Shown piece after piece: positions 1-9,644 of a stretch of 29,367 nt of DNA (position 1 is the first letter of the stretch; every line of letters begins with the position of its first letter). Origin of the DNA: a virus (taxonomy: Duplodnaviria; Caudoviricetes); the IMG/VR virus record IMGVR_UViG_3300011335_000408, positions 1 through 29,367 of that record, one strand, 5' to 3'. The translations under genes and the position numbers were made by a program. The notes under the pieces are model-generated. The model was not told the origin of the DNA, did no database searches, and worked only from the letters and a program-made list of their open reading frames with translations.

Positions 1-183
1 ATAAAAATGAGTAATAAAATTGAATACTTTGGAGATTTTATCAGCAGTATAATAATCTCAGAAGACAGGTTTAAATACCTTGAAAATGCTGGAGTAGAAA
101 TATTATCGTGTGTAGAATATAAAGACGGTAAACCAATAGCACAAGGTGAAAAGAAATTTGATATTACCTTTAAAGTAAATAAC
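1..183. repeat. Terminal direct repeat (circular overlap), copy 1
   Basis: 1-183 equals 29185-29367 except position 14 (a vs c at 29198) and 57 (c vs a at 29241). Implies a circular or permuted genome of about 29,184 bp. Confidence 0.95.
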
Positions 184-249
184 ATTACTTTTCTAAATTT
201 CATGCATGCTGGTATCAAATATTCGTTGGACAAATATTGGAAACCTTAA
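7..249 (+). CDS. Hypothetical early protein (80 aa)
   Basis: ATG ORF with A-rich upstream. Its start is repeated at 29191. No recognisable motif. Confidence 0.75.
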   Translation: MSNKIEYFGDFISSIIISEDRFKYLENAGVEILSCVEYKDGKPIAQGEKKFDITFKVNNITFLNFMHAGIKYSLDKYWKP

Positions 250-259
250 ATTATAACTT

Positions 260-361
260 ATGTGGCTAGTATTTGCAATTGAATTTGGAGTGGTTATAAT
301 TGTTTCTTTATTATATGTACATTTGATAAGCAATGAGGATAATAATTACGAAGATGAGTAA
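260..361 (+). CDS. Small predicted membrane protein (33 aa, MWLVFAIEFGVVIIVSLLYVHLISNEDNNYEDE)
   Basis: Hand-translated ORF below the track cutoff. One hydrophobic helix plus acidic tail. Fills the gap after the previous gene. Confidence 0.6.
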   Translation: MWLVFAIEFGVVIIVSLLYVHLISNEDNNYEDE

Positions 362-367
362 CCATGT

Positions 368-409
368 ACCACATTGCATACCGTAAGATCTGCTTTGTGG
401 TCTTTTTTT
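368..409 (+). terminator. Possible intrinsic terminator/attenuator just before the sigma gene
   Basis: ACCACA..GCA / TGC..TGTGGT interrupted stem followed by C and T7. Confidence 0.45.
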
Positions 410-413
410 ACTT

Positions 414-905
414 ATGGACATAAATCTAATTATAAAAAAATATGGCAAGTTTATAAAGTCCAACATTTCATCTTACACATTAGATGATAATATCATCAAC
501 GAAATTTATCAAAATGTCCTTATTAAATTGTGGCAAAAATCACCCAAATCAGTAAATCTTAAATACTTATCAAAACTTGTAAAATTTGCATTTATTGATA
601 ATTACAGACGCAATAAAAAGCATCTCAACTACATACCAGTTGACAAAATTTACTCAATAGCTGATTATTTTGATTTGGTTATCACAAAAGAAAATAATAT
701 TTTAACAGAATTACGTGTAAAAAGTTTGTTTTCAAAAATTGACAATTTAAAAGAAAGCCAAAGAGATGTAGTTATTTTAAAGCTTGCAGGTTACAATTTT
801 ATTCAGATTGCCAAAATACTAAACACAACACAATCTTACTCAATAAGCCAATTTTATTACGCAAAGAAAAATTTATCCCATGCAATTACGAGATTACCAG
901 GTTGA
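414..905 (+). CDS. ECF-type sigma-70 family RNA polymerase sigma factor
   Basis: Region-2-like EIYQNVLIKLWQK...KFAFIDNYRR and region-4 HTH IDNLKESQRDVVILKLAGYNFIQIAKILN...YAKKNL. Size of 163 aa is typical of ECF sigmas. Confidence 0.85.
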   Translation: MDINLIIKKYGKFIKSNISSYTLDDNIINEIYQNVLIKLWQKSPKSVNLKYLSKLVKFAFIDNYRRNKKHLNYIPVDKIYSIADYFDLVITKENNILTELRVKSLFSKIDNLKESQRDVVILKLAGYNFIQIAKILNTTQSYSISQFYYAKKNLSHAITRLPG

Positions 906-2388
906 CATATCAACAAAAGCTTGTGAACTTTTGAAACAATATAAAATAGCCTATCTATCTATGCAAGTTAGAACAGGCAAAACACTAACAGCCCTTAATA
1001 CATGTCAACTTTATGGTGCAAAAAACATACTTTTTGTAACAAAAAAGAAAGCTACATTAAGTGTAGTGGCTGATTATGAGCATTACAAAAATGACTTTAA
1101 ATGCTTTGTTATAAACTTTGAGCAACTGCACAACATAACTGATCAGTATTTTGATTTGGTTATCATTGATGAGGCTCATAGCACTGGTGCCTTTGCCATC
1201 CCATCCAAACGCACTAAGGAATTAAAAAGGTTATGTCATAATCTTCCAATCATCTATCTTAGTGGTACACCATCACCCGAAAGCTACAGTCAACTTTATC
1301 ATCAATTTTGGATTAGCTCATTTAACCCATTTACGCAAAAAAACTTTTATACCTGGGCTAGACAAGGCTTTGTTACCATTCAATCTAAGTATGTTTACAA
1401 CAGACAAATACACGATTATACCAATGCTAACAAAGAAGCTATTGACAAAGTAGTTAATCATCTTTTTTTATCTTATACTCAGGAGGAGGCAGGCTTTACA
1501 CAATTAGTTGATGAGCATATCCACCAGGTTGCAATGTCTGACCGTACGTATCAAGTATGCAATAGACTACGTATTGACAAAGTTGTCATAGGCAAAAATG
1601 GTGATATTATTGAAGCTGATACTGAAGTAAAACTATTATCCAAACTCCATCAGCTTTATTCAGGTACCGTTATTTTTGATGTCGCAATGTGCGACGAGCA
1701 AGAGTCAGCCATTACTGATGATAGCAAAGTAAATTATATCTTTGAGACTTTCAAAGGCTTAAAATTTGCAGTATTTTATAAGTTTAAAGCTGAACGTACT
1801 GCTCTAATGTTAGGAGCGCAAAAAATAGGATTAAAATGTACGGAATCACCGGAGGAATTTCAAGCCAATAATGATATGATTTTCTTATCCCAATTTGTAA
1901 GTGGTAGAGAAGGTGTAAATTTATCAACTGCCGACTGCCTGGTGTGTTATAACATTGATTTTTCTGCAGTTACTTATTTTCAAGTAAGAGCTAGGCTACA
2001 ATCTAAAGATAGAGTTGATTCTGCTAAAGTACATTGGATCTTTGCCATCAATGGTATTGAGGAGCGTATTTATAAGGCTGTATGCAATAAGAAAAACTAC
2101 ACCACATCTTACTTTGTTGAAGATTTGAAAACTATGCCAATGCAAACAATACAAGCCATAAAATCTAGTACTATCGTTGCACGTAATGAAGTGCAGATAT
2201 TAGCATACAAAAAAATGGCTTTGCAAAGTTTGAAAAAATATCCGACATTTGATGCCCGACAAATTGAAAACTACTTATACTGCTGGTGCAATGATATGAA
2301 AGACCAAATCATTAAAGCTGGCATTGACTCTCAATCATTTTTAAAACAACTAACAGATGCGTACATTTTGGACAGAAAAGGAAATTAA
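880..2388 (+). CDS. SF2 (SNF2/DEAD-like) phage helicase
   Basis: Q motif LRDYQ, Walker A VRTGKT, Walker B IIDEAH, motif III LSGTP, motif V GREGVNL, motif VI-like QVRARLQ. Confidence 0.9.
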   Translation: MQLRDYQVDISTKACELLKQYKIAYLSMQVRTGKTLTALNTCQLYGAKNILFVTKKKATLSVVADYEHYKNDFKCFVINFEQLHNITDQYFDLVIIDEAHSTGAFAIPSKRTKELKRLCHNLPIIYLSGTPSPESYSQLYHQFWISSFNPFTQKNFYTWARQGFVTIQSKYVYNRQIHDYTNANKEAIDKVVNHLFLSYTQEEAGFTQLVDEHIHQVAMSDRTYQVCNRLRIDKVVIGKNGDIIEADTEVKLLSKLHQLYSGTVIFDVAMCDEQESAITDDSKVNYIFETFKGLKFAVFYKFKAERTALMLGAQKIGLKCTESPEEFQANNDMIFLSQFVSGREGVNLSTADCLVCYNIDFSAVTYFQVRARLQSKDRVDSAKVHWIFAINGIEERIYKAVCNKKNYTTSYFVEDLKTMPMQTIQAIKSSTIVARNEVQILAYKKMALQSLKKYPTFDARQIENYLYCWCNDMKDQIIKAGIDSQSFLKQLTDAYILDRKGN

Positions 2389-2977
2389 ATTTATCACTGA
2401 AAACTACAGCGACATGAATTCAGCTGATATTGCCAAAATACTAAATAGACCAATGGGAGGAGTATATGGTAAAGCTTATTCTATGGGCTTAAAAAAGTCA
2501 AAAGAGTATCTAGCAAAGATGCTGGAACGTGAGGCAAAAAAACTAGCCGAATTTGGCAAAAATTACCAATTTAAAAAAGGCAATGTACCTTACAATTATG
2601 GACAAAAAATGTCCAAAATACTTTATGAGAAATGCCAAAAAACCATGTTTAAAAAAGGTGCAAAACCTCATAATACAAGGAAGGAAGGCGAAGAGAGCAA
2701 ATCTACTGACGGTTATACTTATGTAAAGATTGCTGACAATGACTGGAGGTTAAAGCATAGGGTAATTTGGAAGCAAGTTAATGGTGCTATCCCAGCTGAT
2801 CATATAGTAGTATTTAAAGACAACAATCAACAAAACTTTGACATCAACAACTTGGAGCTTATTACTAAAGTTGAAAATATGCAAAGAAACACCCTTCACC
2901 AGTACCCGGAACCAATAAAAGAAATCATCAAATTAAATAACAAACTAAAAAGAAAAATCAATGCAAAACAAAATTGA
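2357..2977 (+). CDS. HNH endonuclease with N-terminal helix-turn-helix-like region
   Basis: C-terminal KHRVIWKQVNG...HIVVFKDNNQQNFDINNLELIT..EN resembles phage HNH_3 domains. N-terminal WTEKEIKF...ADIAKILNR is HTH-like. Confidence 0.8.
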   Translation: MRTFWTEKEIKFITENYSDMNSADIAKILNRPMGGVYGKAYSMGLKKSKEYLAKMLEREAKKLAEFGKNYQFKKGNVPYNYGQKMSKILYEKCQKTMFKKGAKPHNTRKEGEESKSTDGYTYVKIADNDWRLKHRVIWKQVNGAIPADHIVVFKDNNQQNFDINNLELITKVENMQRNTLHQYPEPIKEIIKLNNKLKRKINAKQN

Positions 2978-3215
2978 AGATTTACGCAACCATTTATTTG
3001 CCTGTTTAGAATCCTTAGCTGATCCTGAAAAGCCAATGGATTTAGACCGAGCTAAAGCTATTGCCGATGTAGCACAAGTAATTATTAATTCTGCAAAAGT
3101 AGAAGTAGATTTTATTAACAAAGTTGGGGGAGTAGGTACTAACTTTATACCTCAAGAAACCCGACCAAAGTATGAGAGAATCACAAATACAACATCAGAT
3201 AATAAAGTGGCTTGA
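2961..3215 (+). CDS. Conserved phage hypothetical protein
   Basis: IEDLRNHLF..LE.L.D...RAKAIADVAQVIINSAKVEVD pattern, recalled as a frequent downstream partner of this HNH type. Confidence 0.75.
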   Translation: MQNKIEDLRNHLFACLESLADPEKPMDLDRAKAIADVAQVIINSAKVEVDFINKVGGVGTNFIPQETRPKYERITNTTSDNKVA

Positions 3216-3483
3216 ATCACAAGGCTGGCTAGTAGTTAAGATTATTCAAACTAATAAGAATGGTTGGCCCGACCTGCAGTTACATGCATTAGGTACAACC
3301 ATTTTTATTGAGGTTAAATCTGAAAATGGCAAACTATCTGAGCTTCAAAAATATAGACACAAACAACTACAAGACAAAGGATTTTTCGTAATTACATCAT
3401 CATCATTAAATCATCTACAAAATGAATTTATTAAAATCAGCGAGGGACTACGTCTCAATAGGATTATCGGTAATCTCAACTGA
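3172..3483 (+). CDS. VRR-NUC domain nuclease
   Basis: MRESQIQ..I..WL...GWPDL...FIEVKSENGKLSELQ: PD-(D/E)XK VRR-NUC signature. Confidence 0.9.
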   Translation: MRESQIQHQIIKWLESQGWLVVKIIQTNKNGWPDLQLHALGTTIFIEVKSENGKLSELQKYRHKQLQDKGFFVITSSSLNHLQNEFIKISEGLRLNRIIGNLN

Positions 3484-5779
3484 TAACACCAAACGCTCCA
3501 TAGGATCATGGAAGCAATACCAATACAACATACCAACCGACCAGCAACTTGTCTCAATGTTTGCACATTCAAAAGTGCAAGGACTTGCTATCATCTGTGG
3601 GGCCGTATCAAACAACTTGGAAGTAATTGATGTGGACTGCAAATATGGGGTAAATTTTGATTATTATTGCGACAAGATAATAAATGCTGATCCTGTGCTT
3701 TATAGCAAATTATTTATCGTTAAAACTAAATCTGATGGCTATCATATTTATTTTAGATGTGAGTTTATTGAAGGCAATCAAAAGCTTGCAGAAAGGCCGC
3801 CAAATGATGAGGAGTTAAAAGCCAATCCAATGGCTAAATCTTATGTACTAATTGAGACACGTGGCGAAGGTGGTTATGTTTGTGCGCCTCCTACACCCGG
3901 TTATCAACCAGTACAAGGAAACAATGAAATACAAGTTATAACCATTGATGAGCGTGATACACTAATGAGCTGTGCTAGGGAGTTTAATCAAATTATTGAA
4001 ACTATTGAGCAGCCGAAAATAGCACATAATAACGATAAGCTCACAGTTTGGGAAGATTACAATAAAAGAGGTGATGTACTTGCATTATTACAAAAGCATG
4101 GCTGGTCTGTATTAAACAACGATGGTAAAAAAACTTACCTTCTTAGACCAGGCTCAACAACATCTGCAACATCAGCTGTATTATTTAATGATACACGTAT
4201 TTTTTATCCTCATACAACCTCTACAAACTTTCAAAATAAAGGCTATAATCCATTTGGGGTATATTGTATGCTTGAGACAAATAATGACGCTAAAAAAGCT
4301 TGTAAAGAGCTTAGTGATATTTATGGTGAAGTTAATACTGGTGGTTGGTTCTGGTATTATACTAAAAATGGTAATGTAGTTATTGAGCGTTATGCTCTAC
4401 AAAAGTGGTTACATGATAATAACTATCAACTATATTTTCAAAACGCAAAAAATAAAGTGTATAGGCTTATACATGAAGAAAATAGGCAAGTAAGAGAGGT
4501 TCATTCAGAATCAATAAAAAAGTTTATAAAAAAGAAGCTTATTGATGCTGGGCATATTGACGTTATGGAGCAAATCATAAAGAATACCAATAGCATATTT
4601 ACTGATGCTTTTTTTGAATATATTGATAAGTCCGAGATTGAGATTTTAAGAGATGAAGCTAATAAATGTTACTTCCCATTCAAAAATGGTATCGTAACAA
4701 TAGACAAAGCTAATATTAGCAGGATAGATTACGGCACCATTAATCAGTCTATTTGGGATAGCCAAATTAATGACTTTGACATTTACATAAACAAAGATGC
4801 AGACATTACCGAATGCCAGTATTATAAGTTTATAAAGAAAATTAGTAACGATGAGCCTGAACGCATTAATTATGCCATGTCTATCATTGGATACATATTA
4901 CATAGCTATAAAGATTCTAGCCGACCATTTGCTGTGATCTTGGCTGAGGAGACAGATGATGAAGCCAAAGGTGGTGGTACCGGTAAAGGTATTTTCTTTA
5001 AAGCCATTAGCAAACTTATTCCAACAGTTACAATGGATGGAAAAAACTTTAAGCCTGATAAGACATTTGCTTTTAGCCGGGTAGAATTAGGCACTAAGCT
5101 TGTAATTATTGAGGATTGCCCAAAAAATGTAGAATTTGAGCGTTATTATCCAACTATAACCGAAGGTATGACCATTGAAAAAAAGAATAAGGATGAGATA
5201 TTTTTATCGTTTGATGATAGTCCTAAACTTGCATTTACTACCAATTATAGCATTGCTTCAAATGCTGAGCATGCTAAAAGAAGACAAAGAGTATTGGAGT
5301 TTGCTCCATTTTTCTCATCATCAATGACACCAGAACAATATTTTGGTAATAAGCTATTTAATGATTGGGATAACGATGAATGGCAACGATTTTACAACTT
5401 TCTTTTTATCTGTGTTCAATTCTATTTTGTAAATGGAATACAACCAATAATGAATAGTGAAAAGCTAAATAGAAAGCAAATTAAATTACAATTTGGAGAA
5501 GACTTTTTGGACTATTTAGACACCATAATTGAAGATCATTTAGGGCAACAATTACCATTAAATGAGGAGTGGAAAAATTACTTAAATCGGTATGAATTAC
5601 AGGCAAGAGATTATAGTCTTAAAAGATTCGCAAAAGGATTACAAATAGGTTCCCAAATACTTGGGATTGATTACATTGGTTACAAAAATAGACAAGATAA
5701 CAACAAAAAGTACTTTAAAATAGGTAAAATATCTAATACGTTCAATGAAATTGTAACCAATGTAACCGATTTATTCTAG
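3422..5779 (+). CDS. Bifunctional DNA primase-polymerase fused to a P-loop helicase
   Basis: Prim-pol motifs VIDVD, TKSDGYHIYFR, IETRGEGGYVCAPPT. C-terminal Walker A GGTGKG, Walker B VIIED and AFTTN..RR motif. Confidence 0.9.
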   Translation: MNLLKSARDYVSIGLSVISTDNTKRSIGSWKQYQYNIPTDQQLVSMFAHSKVQGLAIICGAVSNNLEVIDVDCKYGVNFDYYCDKIINADPVLYSKLFIVKTKSDGYHIYFRCEFIEGNQKLAERPPNDEELKANPMAKSYVLIETRGEGGYVCAPPTPGYQPVQGNNEIQVITIDERDTLMSCAREFNQIIETIEQPKIAHNNDKLTVWEDYNKRGDVLALLQKHGWSVLNNDGKKTYLLRPGSTTSATSAVLFNDTRIFYPHTTSTNFQNKGYNPFGVYCMLETNNDAKKACKELSDIYGEVNTGGWFWYYTKNGNVVIERYALQKWLHDNNYQLYFQNAKNKVYRLIHEENRQVREVHSESIKKFIKKKLIDAGHIDVMEQIIKNTNSIFTDAFFEYIDKSEIEILRDEANKCYFPFKNGIVTIDKANISRIDYGTINQSIWDSQINDFDIYINKDADITECQYYKFIKKISNDEPERINYAMSIIGYILHSYKDSSRPFAVILAEETDDEAKGGGTGKGIFFKAISKLIPTVTMDGKNFKPDKTFAFSRVELGTKLVIIEDCPKNVEFERYYPTITEGMTIEKKNKDEIFLSFDDSPKLAFTTNYSIASNAEHAKRRQRVLEFAPFFSSSMTPEQYFGNKLFNDWDNDEWQRFYNFLFICVQFYFVNGIQPIMNSEKLNRKQIKLQFGEDFLDYLDTIIEDHLGQQLPLNEEWKNYLNRYELQARDYSLKRFAKGLQIGSQILGIDYIGYKNRQDNNKKYFKIGKISNTFNEIVTNVTDLF

Positions 5780-5951
5780 TGTGTAACCCATTTTTTTACG
5801 GATTGGTTACATATTAACTTATTGATAATCATTTAATTATAAACACTTGTAACCAATGTAACCCATTTTTATATAAATTTTACTAAAGTATATAAATATA
5901 TATATAATAGAGAGAATAGAAAAAATGCGTAAATGCGTTACATTGATTACA
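5752..5951. repeat. Putative replication origin: TGTAACC iterons, IHF-like site and AT-rich tract
   Basis: TGTAACC at 5752, 5761, 5782, 5848, 5857. Inverted GGTTACA at 5805, degenerate inverted copies at 5936 and 5945. TAACTTATTGATA (5815-5827) fits YAANNNNTTGATW. AT/TA-rich 5865-5910. Lies directly after the primase-helicase. Confidence 0.65.
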
Positions 5952-5967
5952 AACAAATAAAAAAGCT

Positions 5968-6297
5968 ATGGAAAAAACTACTATTTTTAGGGTGTTTAAT
6001 CATAACAAAATACTGGCTTATAAAGTGGCAACTTTAACCAGGTCAGATGATGAAATATTAGCTGCAATTTTACCCATGTTTGAAGGCTCAAAAAACATTT
6101 ATAGGATTTATAAAAATGATGAACTTGTTATGGTGTTAAATTCTAAACAAAAAAGGTTCACAGGCCGTAAATCTATTTTAGAGGTTAGTAGTGGCACGAT
6201 ATTTAAAGACATATATGAAATGAGGAATGTACTATTATTAGACCGTAAAAAAGCATTAGATTTAGTTAAGAGGTCATTTAATTATCGTTATGTGTAA
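5968..6297 (+). CDS. Hypothetical protein (109 aa), possibly DNA-binding
   Basis: ATG ORF with A-rich leader. Basic C-terminal half. Confidence 0.7.
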   Translation: MEKTTIFRVFNHNKILAYKVATLTRSDDEILAAILPMFEGSKNIYRIYKNDELVMVLNSKQKRFTGRKSILEVSSGTIFKDIYEMRNVLLLDRKKALDLVKRSFNYRYV

Positions 6298-6304
6298 AAT
6301 TTTA

Positions 6305-6317
6305 AGTAATTTTATAC
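6305..6317 (+). promoter_or_regulatory. Candidate late promoter AGTAATTTTATAC
   Basis: Near-identical to AGTAACTTTATAC at 10591. Both are intergenic, upstream of structural operons, and variants of the Bacteroidota TAnnTTTG element. Confidence 0.5.
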
Positions 6318-6337
6318 TGATTAAATTATAGTTTATT

Positions 6338-6631
6338 TTGGGAAGGAAATCAAAAGAGTATGAGATTAATGTTCAGAATATAGCATTAAAAGCTATAGAG
6401 GAATACTACGGTAGTATTCAGGCTGGCTTTATCCATTTGCTAGGAAGTGATGAGCCTGCACTGGTTAAGTTCTGTTGGGAGCATGGAGTAGGTAAGCCTA
6501 CTGATAGATTAGAGATGAATGTGGAGCAGGACATCAAAACATTCCAGGTTATACAACTTCCTGATAATGGTAGGGATAACTTCATTGAACCAATAGAACC
6601 AATAGACGAATCAACTGAGCCAATTGCATAA
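6338..6631 (+). CDS. Probable terminase small subunit
   Basis: TTG start. MGRKSK N-terminus, GKP motif and acidic tail with LPDNGRD. Immediately upstream of and overlapping the large subunit. Confidence 0.65.
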   Translation: MGRKSKEYEINVQNIALKAIEEYYGSIQAGFIHLLGSDEPALVKFCWEHGVGKPTDRLEMNVEQDIKTFQVIQLPDNGRDNFIEPIEPIDESTEPIA

Positions 6632-8132
6632 CATCGAATACATAAGGCCACAACCAGGCTACCAAACTATAGCACTATCAAGTAAGGCAGACATTGTCAT
6701 TGGTGGTGCAGCTGCGTTTGTAGGTAAGACATTTGCACTTTTATTAGATCCAATTAGACACATAGACATCAAAGGCTTTGGTGGTGTGATATTTCGTAGG
6801 ACAAGCGTACAGATTCGTAATGAGGGTGGCTTATGGGACACTTCAACAAAGCTATATCCAATAGTCAAAGGTGATGCTAGGGAGTCATCATTGGATTGGA
6901 AATTCCCATCAGGAGTAAAGATTTCATTTCGGCATTTAGAGTACGAGAAAAATAAATATGATTGGCAAGGTTCACAGATTCCTTTTTTGGGATTTGATGA
7001 GCTAACTCATTTTACTGAATCAATGTTTTTTTATCTGCTATCACGTAACCGTAGCTCATGCCAGGTGAAGCCTTATGTTAGGGCTACATGCAACCCTGAC
7101 CCGGAAAGCTGGGTATTTAAACTTATCAGCTGGTGGATAGATGGTGAGACCGGGTTCCCAATACTAGAGCGTAGAGGTAAGCTAAGATACTTTATCAAGT
7201 ATGGACATGATTACATTTGGGGTGATAGTTATGAGGAAGTATATGATAAAGCTGAGCATATCATAGAGCCAATGATGAAAGCATCAGGATTAAAAGCTCA
7301 GGACTTTATCAAGTCTATTACGTTTGTGAGTGGTAGCATATACGATAACAAGGAAGGGTTAAAGAATGATCCATCTTATCCTGGTAACTTGCTTAGTCAG
7401 GATGAGGACACCAGGCGGCAGTTGTTGGAAGGTAGATGGAAGGTGAGCAACAGTCCTAATGATGTGTATGAGTATGATAGCTTTGCAGGTCTGTTTGAGA
7501 ATGTAAAAGGAGTTAATAAGACAGGCAAGTACATTACTGCAGATATTGCCATGAAGGGAAGCAATAAGCTTGTGGTGGGATATTGGGAAGGTATGGAGTT
7601 AGTGGACATGGAGATAATGGATAAGAGTGATGGTAAGCAAGTGATAGATTTAATTAATAGGATGGCTCAAAAGTATTCCGTAGAAAATCGTTATATTTGT
7701 TATGACGCTGATGGTGTAGGTAGTTATGTGGATGGATTCATAAAGGGTGCAGTACCGTTCAATGGTGGAGCATCAGCAATGAGTGTAAAGGATGATGCAA
7801 GTGGAAGGTTGATAAAAGAGAATTACTTTAACCTAAAGACACAATGCTATTACAGATCAGGTGGAAGGGTTGGAGATGGACAGATGAAGATTAGTAAGCA
7901 TGTAGCATCAAAGATGTACGATAGTACAATGACGGTGAGACAAAGATTTATGTATGAGCGTAAGGCAATACAACGTGCTAAGAGTGATTATGATGGTAAG
8001 CTAAGGATAGTGGGTAAGGATGAGATGAAAGTTAAGTTAAACGGGGATAGCCCCGATTTGTTGGATATGTTTATGATGCGTGAAATGTTTGAGTTAAAAC
8101 CAAAATTAATGTTTGCTTATGAGAATGATTGA
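6624..8132 (+). CDS. terL: Terminase large subunit
   Basis: PQPGYQ adenine-binding motif, Walker A AAAFVGKT, Walker B GFDEL, coupling motif ATCNP. Nuclease acidic residues ITAD, YDADGVG and SPDLLD. Confidence 0.95.
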   Translation: MHNIEYIRPQPGYQTIALSSKADIVIGGAAAFVGKTFALLLDPIRHIDIKGFGGVIFRRTSVQIRNEGGLWDTSTKLYPIVKGDARESSLDWKFPSGVKISFRHLEYEKNKYDWQGSQIPFLGFDELTHFTESMFFYLLSRNRSSCQVKPYVRATCNPDPESWVFKLISWWIDGETGFPILERRGKLRYFIKYGHDYIWGDSYEEVYDKAEHIIEPMMKASGLKAQDFIKSITFVSGSIYDNKEGLKNDPSYPGNLLSQDEDTRRQLLEGRWKVSNSPNDVYEYDSFAGLFENVKGVNKTGKYITADIAMKGSNKLVVGYWEGMELVDMEIMDKSDGKQVIDLINRMAQKYSVENRYICYDADGVGSYVDGFIKGAVPFNGGASAMSVKDDASGRLIKENYFNLKTQCYYRSGGRVGDGQMKISKHVASKMYDSTMTVRQRFMYERKAIQRAKSDYDGKLRIVGKDEMKVKLNGDSPDLLDMFMMREMFELKPKLMFAYEND

Positions 8133-9456
8133 CAGGCTGTTTGGAGTTCCTAAAATAGTAAAGGACTTACAGCAACAAGTAAAAGCTTTACAAAGTACAT
8201 CAATGGGAATGACTATCAATGCAAGTAATGCAATCTTCCCAAGTTGGCAGACTATTGAGGCAATCAACCAGTACTGCACAATTGATGATATTTATTCAGT
8301 GATAAGCTATCTAGCTGAGACTGCTGCAAGGATTCCATTCTATGGTTATGAGGTTTTGGATGATAATGCAATGAAGTCATACAAAAAGTATGACATGAAA
8401 GCATTACAAAAGAAGTACTATAAGACCAAAGCTTTACAAGATTTACAGCCTGATGATATCTTTATGAAGATGTTGGATGGCATTACTTATGAGGACAAGA
8501 TAAAGTATTACACAATCCTATACATAACTGGTGAGCTATTTCTATATAAAGAAGTGTTGGAGCTTGGACCTAATGCTGGTATGGTTACATTGCATGCATT
8601 AAATAATCAGAATGTAACAGTGTTGGTTAGTGATACGTTCCCACAGGCAGTAGTAGGGTATAGATACTTTGATACTGGCTTTGATGGTAAGTTTACAACT
8701 GATGAGATTATTCATGTGAAGTATTACAATCCTACTATCACCAATGGTCAGCAGTTCAGGGGGTTGAGTCCATTGCAAGTATTGACTAAACGTGTTACCA
8801 GGTTAGATGCTGGAATGAATGCATCAGTAGCACAAATGCAGAACGGTGGGGTGCCAGGAATTGTGTATGAGAAGTCAGACTTTGCTATTGAATCATTGGG
8901 GCAACGTAAGAATGACTTTAGCAAGTATTTAAGGAATAGCAGTAACAAGGGTGCGCCATACTTTGCAGCTGGTGAGATGGGTTATTTAGAGTTGGGATTG
9001 AGATTAGCAGATATGGAGGTGGCTGAATTACAAAAAATAGACTTCACAAAGATTTGTAATGCATACAAGTTCCCTGAAGTGTTGTTGAATAATACTGATA
9101 GCAGTACATACAACAACATGAATACGGCTTTAAAAATGCTTTATACCAACTCAATCCTTCCTAACATACATTTGTTTAGGGATGCATTGATAAGGGGCAT
9201 ATTACCAATGTATCAGGATGGAGTGAGCAGAACAATAGAGATAGACATTAGCGACATCCCGGCTATGCAGGATGATATGAAAACGCAAGCTGAGGCATTA
9301 TCTGCTATGTGGTGGATAACACCAAATGAAAAAAGAGAGATACAAGATTTTGAGATTATAGATGATCCAATAATGAATCAGATAATTATTGATTCAGGTA
9401 AGCAAGTGATAACTGATTTAGGTGTAACAGTTGAAGATGTAACAGTGTTTGATTAA
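8113..9456 (+). CDS. HK97-family portal protein
   Basis: EIIHVKYYNP, RGLSPLQ, QNGGVPGIV, ICNAYKFP and TPNEKRE motifs. Follows terL. Confidence 0.93.
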   Translation: MLMRMIDRLFGVPKIVKDLQQQVKALQSTSMGMTINASNAIFPSWQTIEAINQYCTIDDIYSVISYLAETAARIPFYGYEVLDDNAMKSYKKYDMKALQKKYYKTKALQDLQPDDIFMKMLDGITYEDKIKYYTILYITGELFLYKEVLELGPNAGMVTLHALNNQNVTVLVSDTFPQAVVGYRYFDTGFDGKFTTDEIIHVKYYNPTITNGQQFRGLSPLQVLTKRVTRLDAGMNASVAQMQNGGVPGIVYEKSDFAIESLGQRKNDFSKYLRNSSNKGAPYFAAGEMGYLELGLRLADMEVAELQKIDFTKICNAYKFPEVLLNNTDSSTYNNMNTALKMLYTNSILPNIHLFRDALIRGILPMYQDGVSRTIEIDISDIPAMQDDMKTQAEALSAMWWITPNEKREIQDFEIIDDPIMNQIIIDSGKQVITDLGVTVEDVTVFD

Positions 9457-9644
9457 TGGAAAAAAGTATAGAGCAAATTACACAGATGATACATAGTAAA
9501 ATCTCATTGATGCTTATCAGTGAGTTACCTGTGCCATCATGTCCATTAAAAAAACAACAAAGGGAGTGGAAGGTAGAGCAAGTAAAAAAAGCATTAGCAA
9601 ATAAATTAAGTCCACAAGGGTTAAGCATAACAGTTAGTTTATGA
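9456..9644 (+). CDS. Hypothetical protein (62 aa)
   Basis: Translationally coupled on both sides (TAATG, ATGA). Confidence 0.65.
   Translation: MEKSIEQITQMIHSKISLMLISELPVPSCPLKKQQREWKVEQVKKALANKLSPQGLSITVSL

Noticed and set aside
5752-5951. CRISPR or mini-array
   Set aside because: Repeats are 7-17 nt, irregularly spaced and in both orientations, with no spacer structure. The PD-(D/E)XK gene is a common phage nuclease, not part of a cas operon.
6700-6732. Defective terminase Walker A (GGAAAFVGKT)
   Set aside because: It still fits [AG]-x4-GK[ST] and the other motifs are intact.
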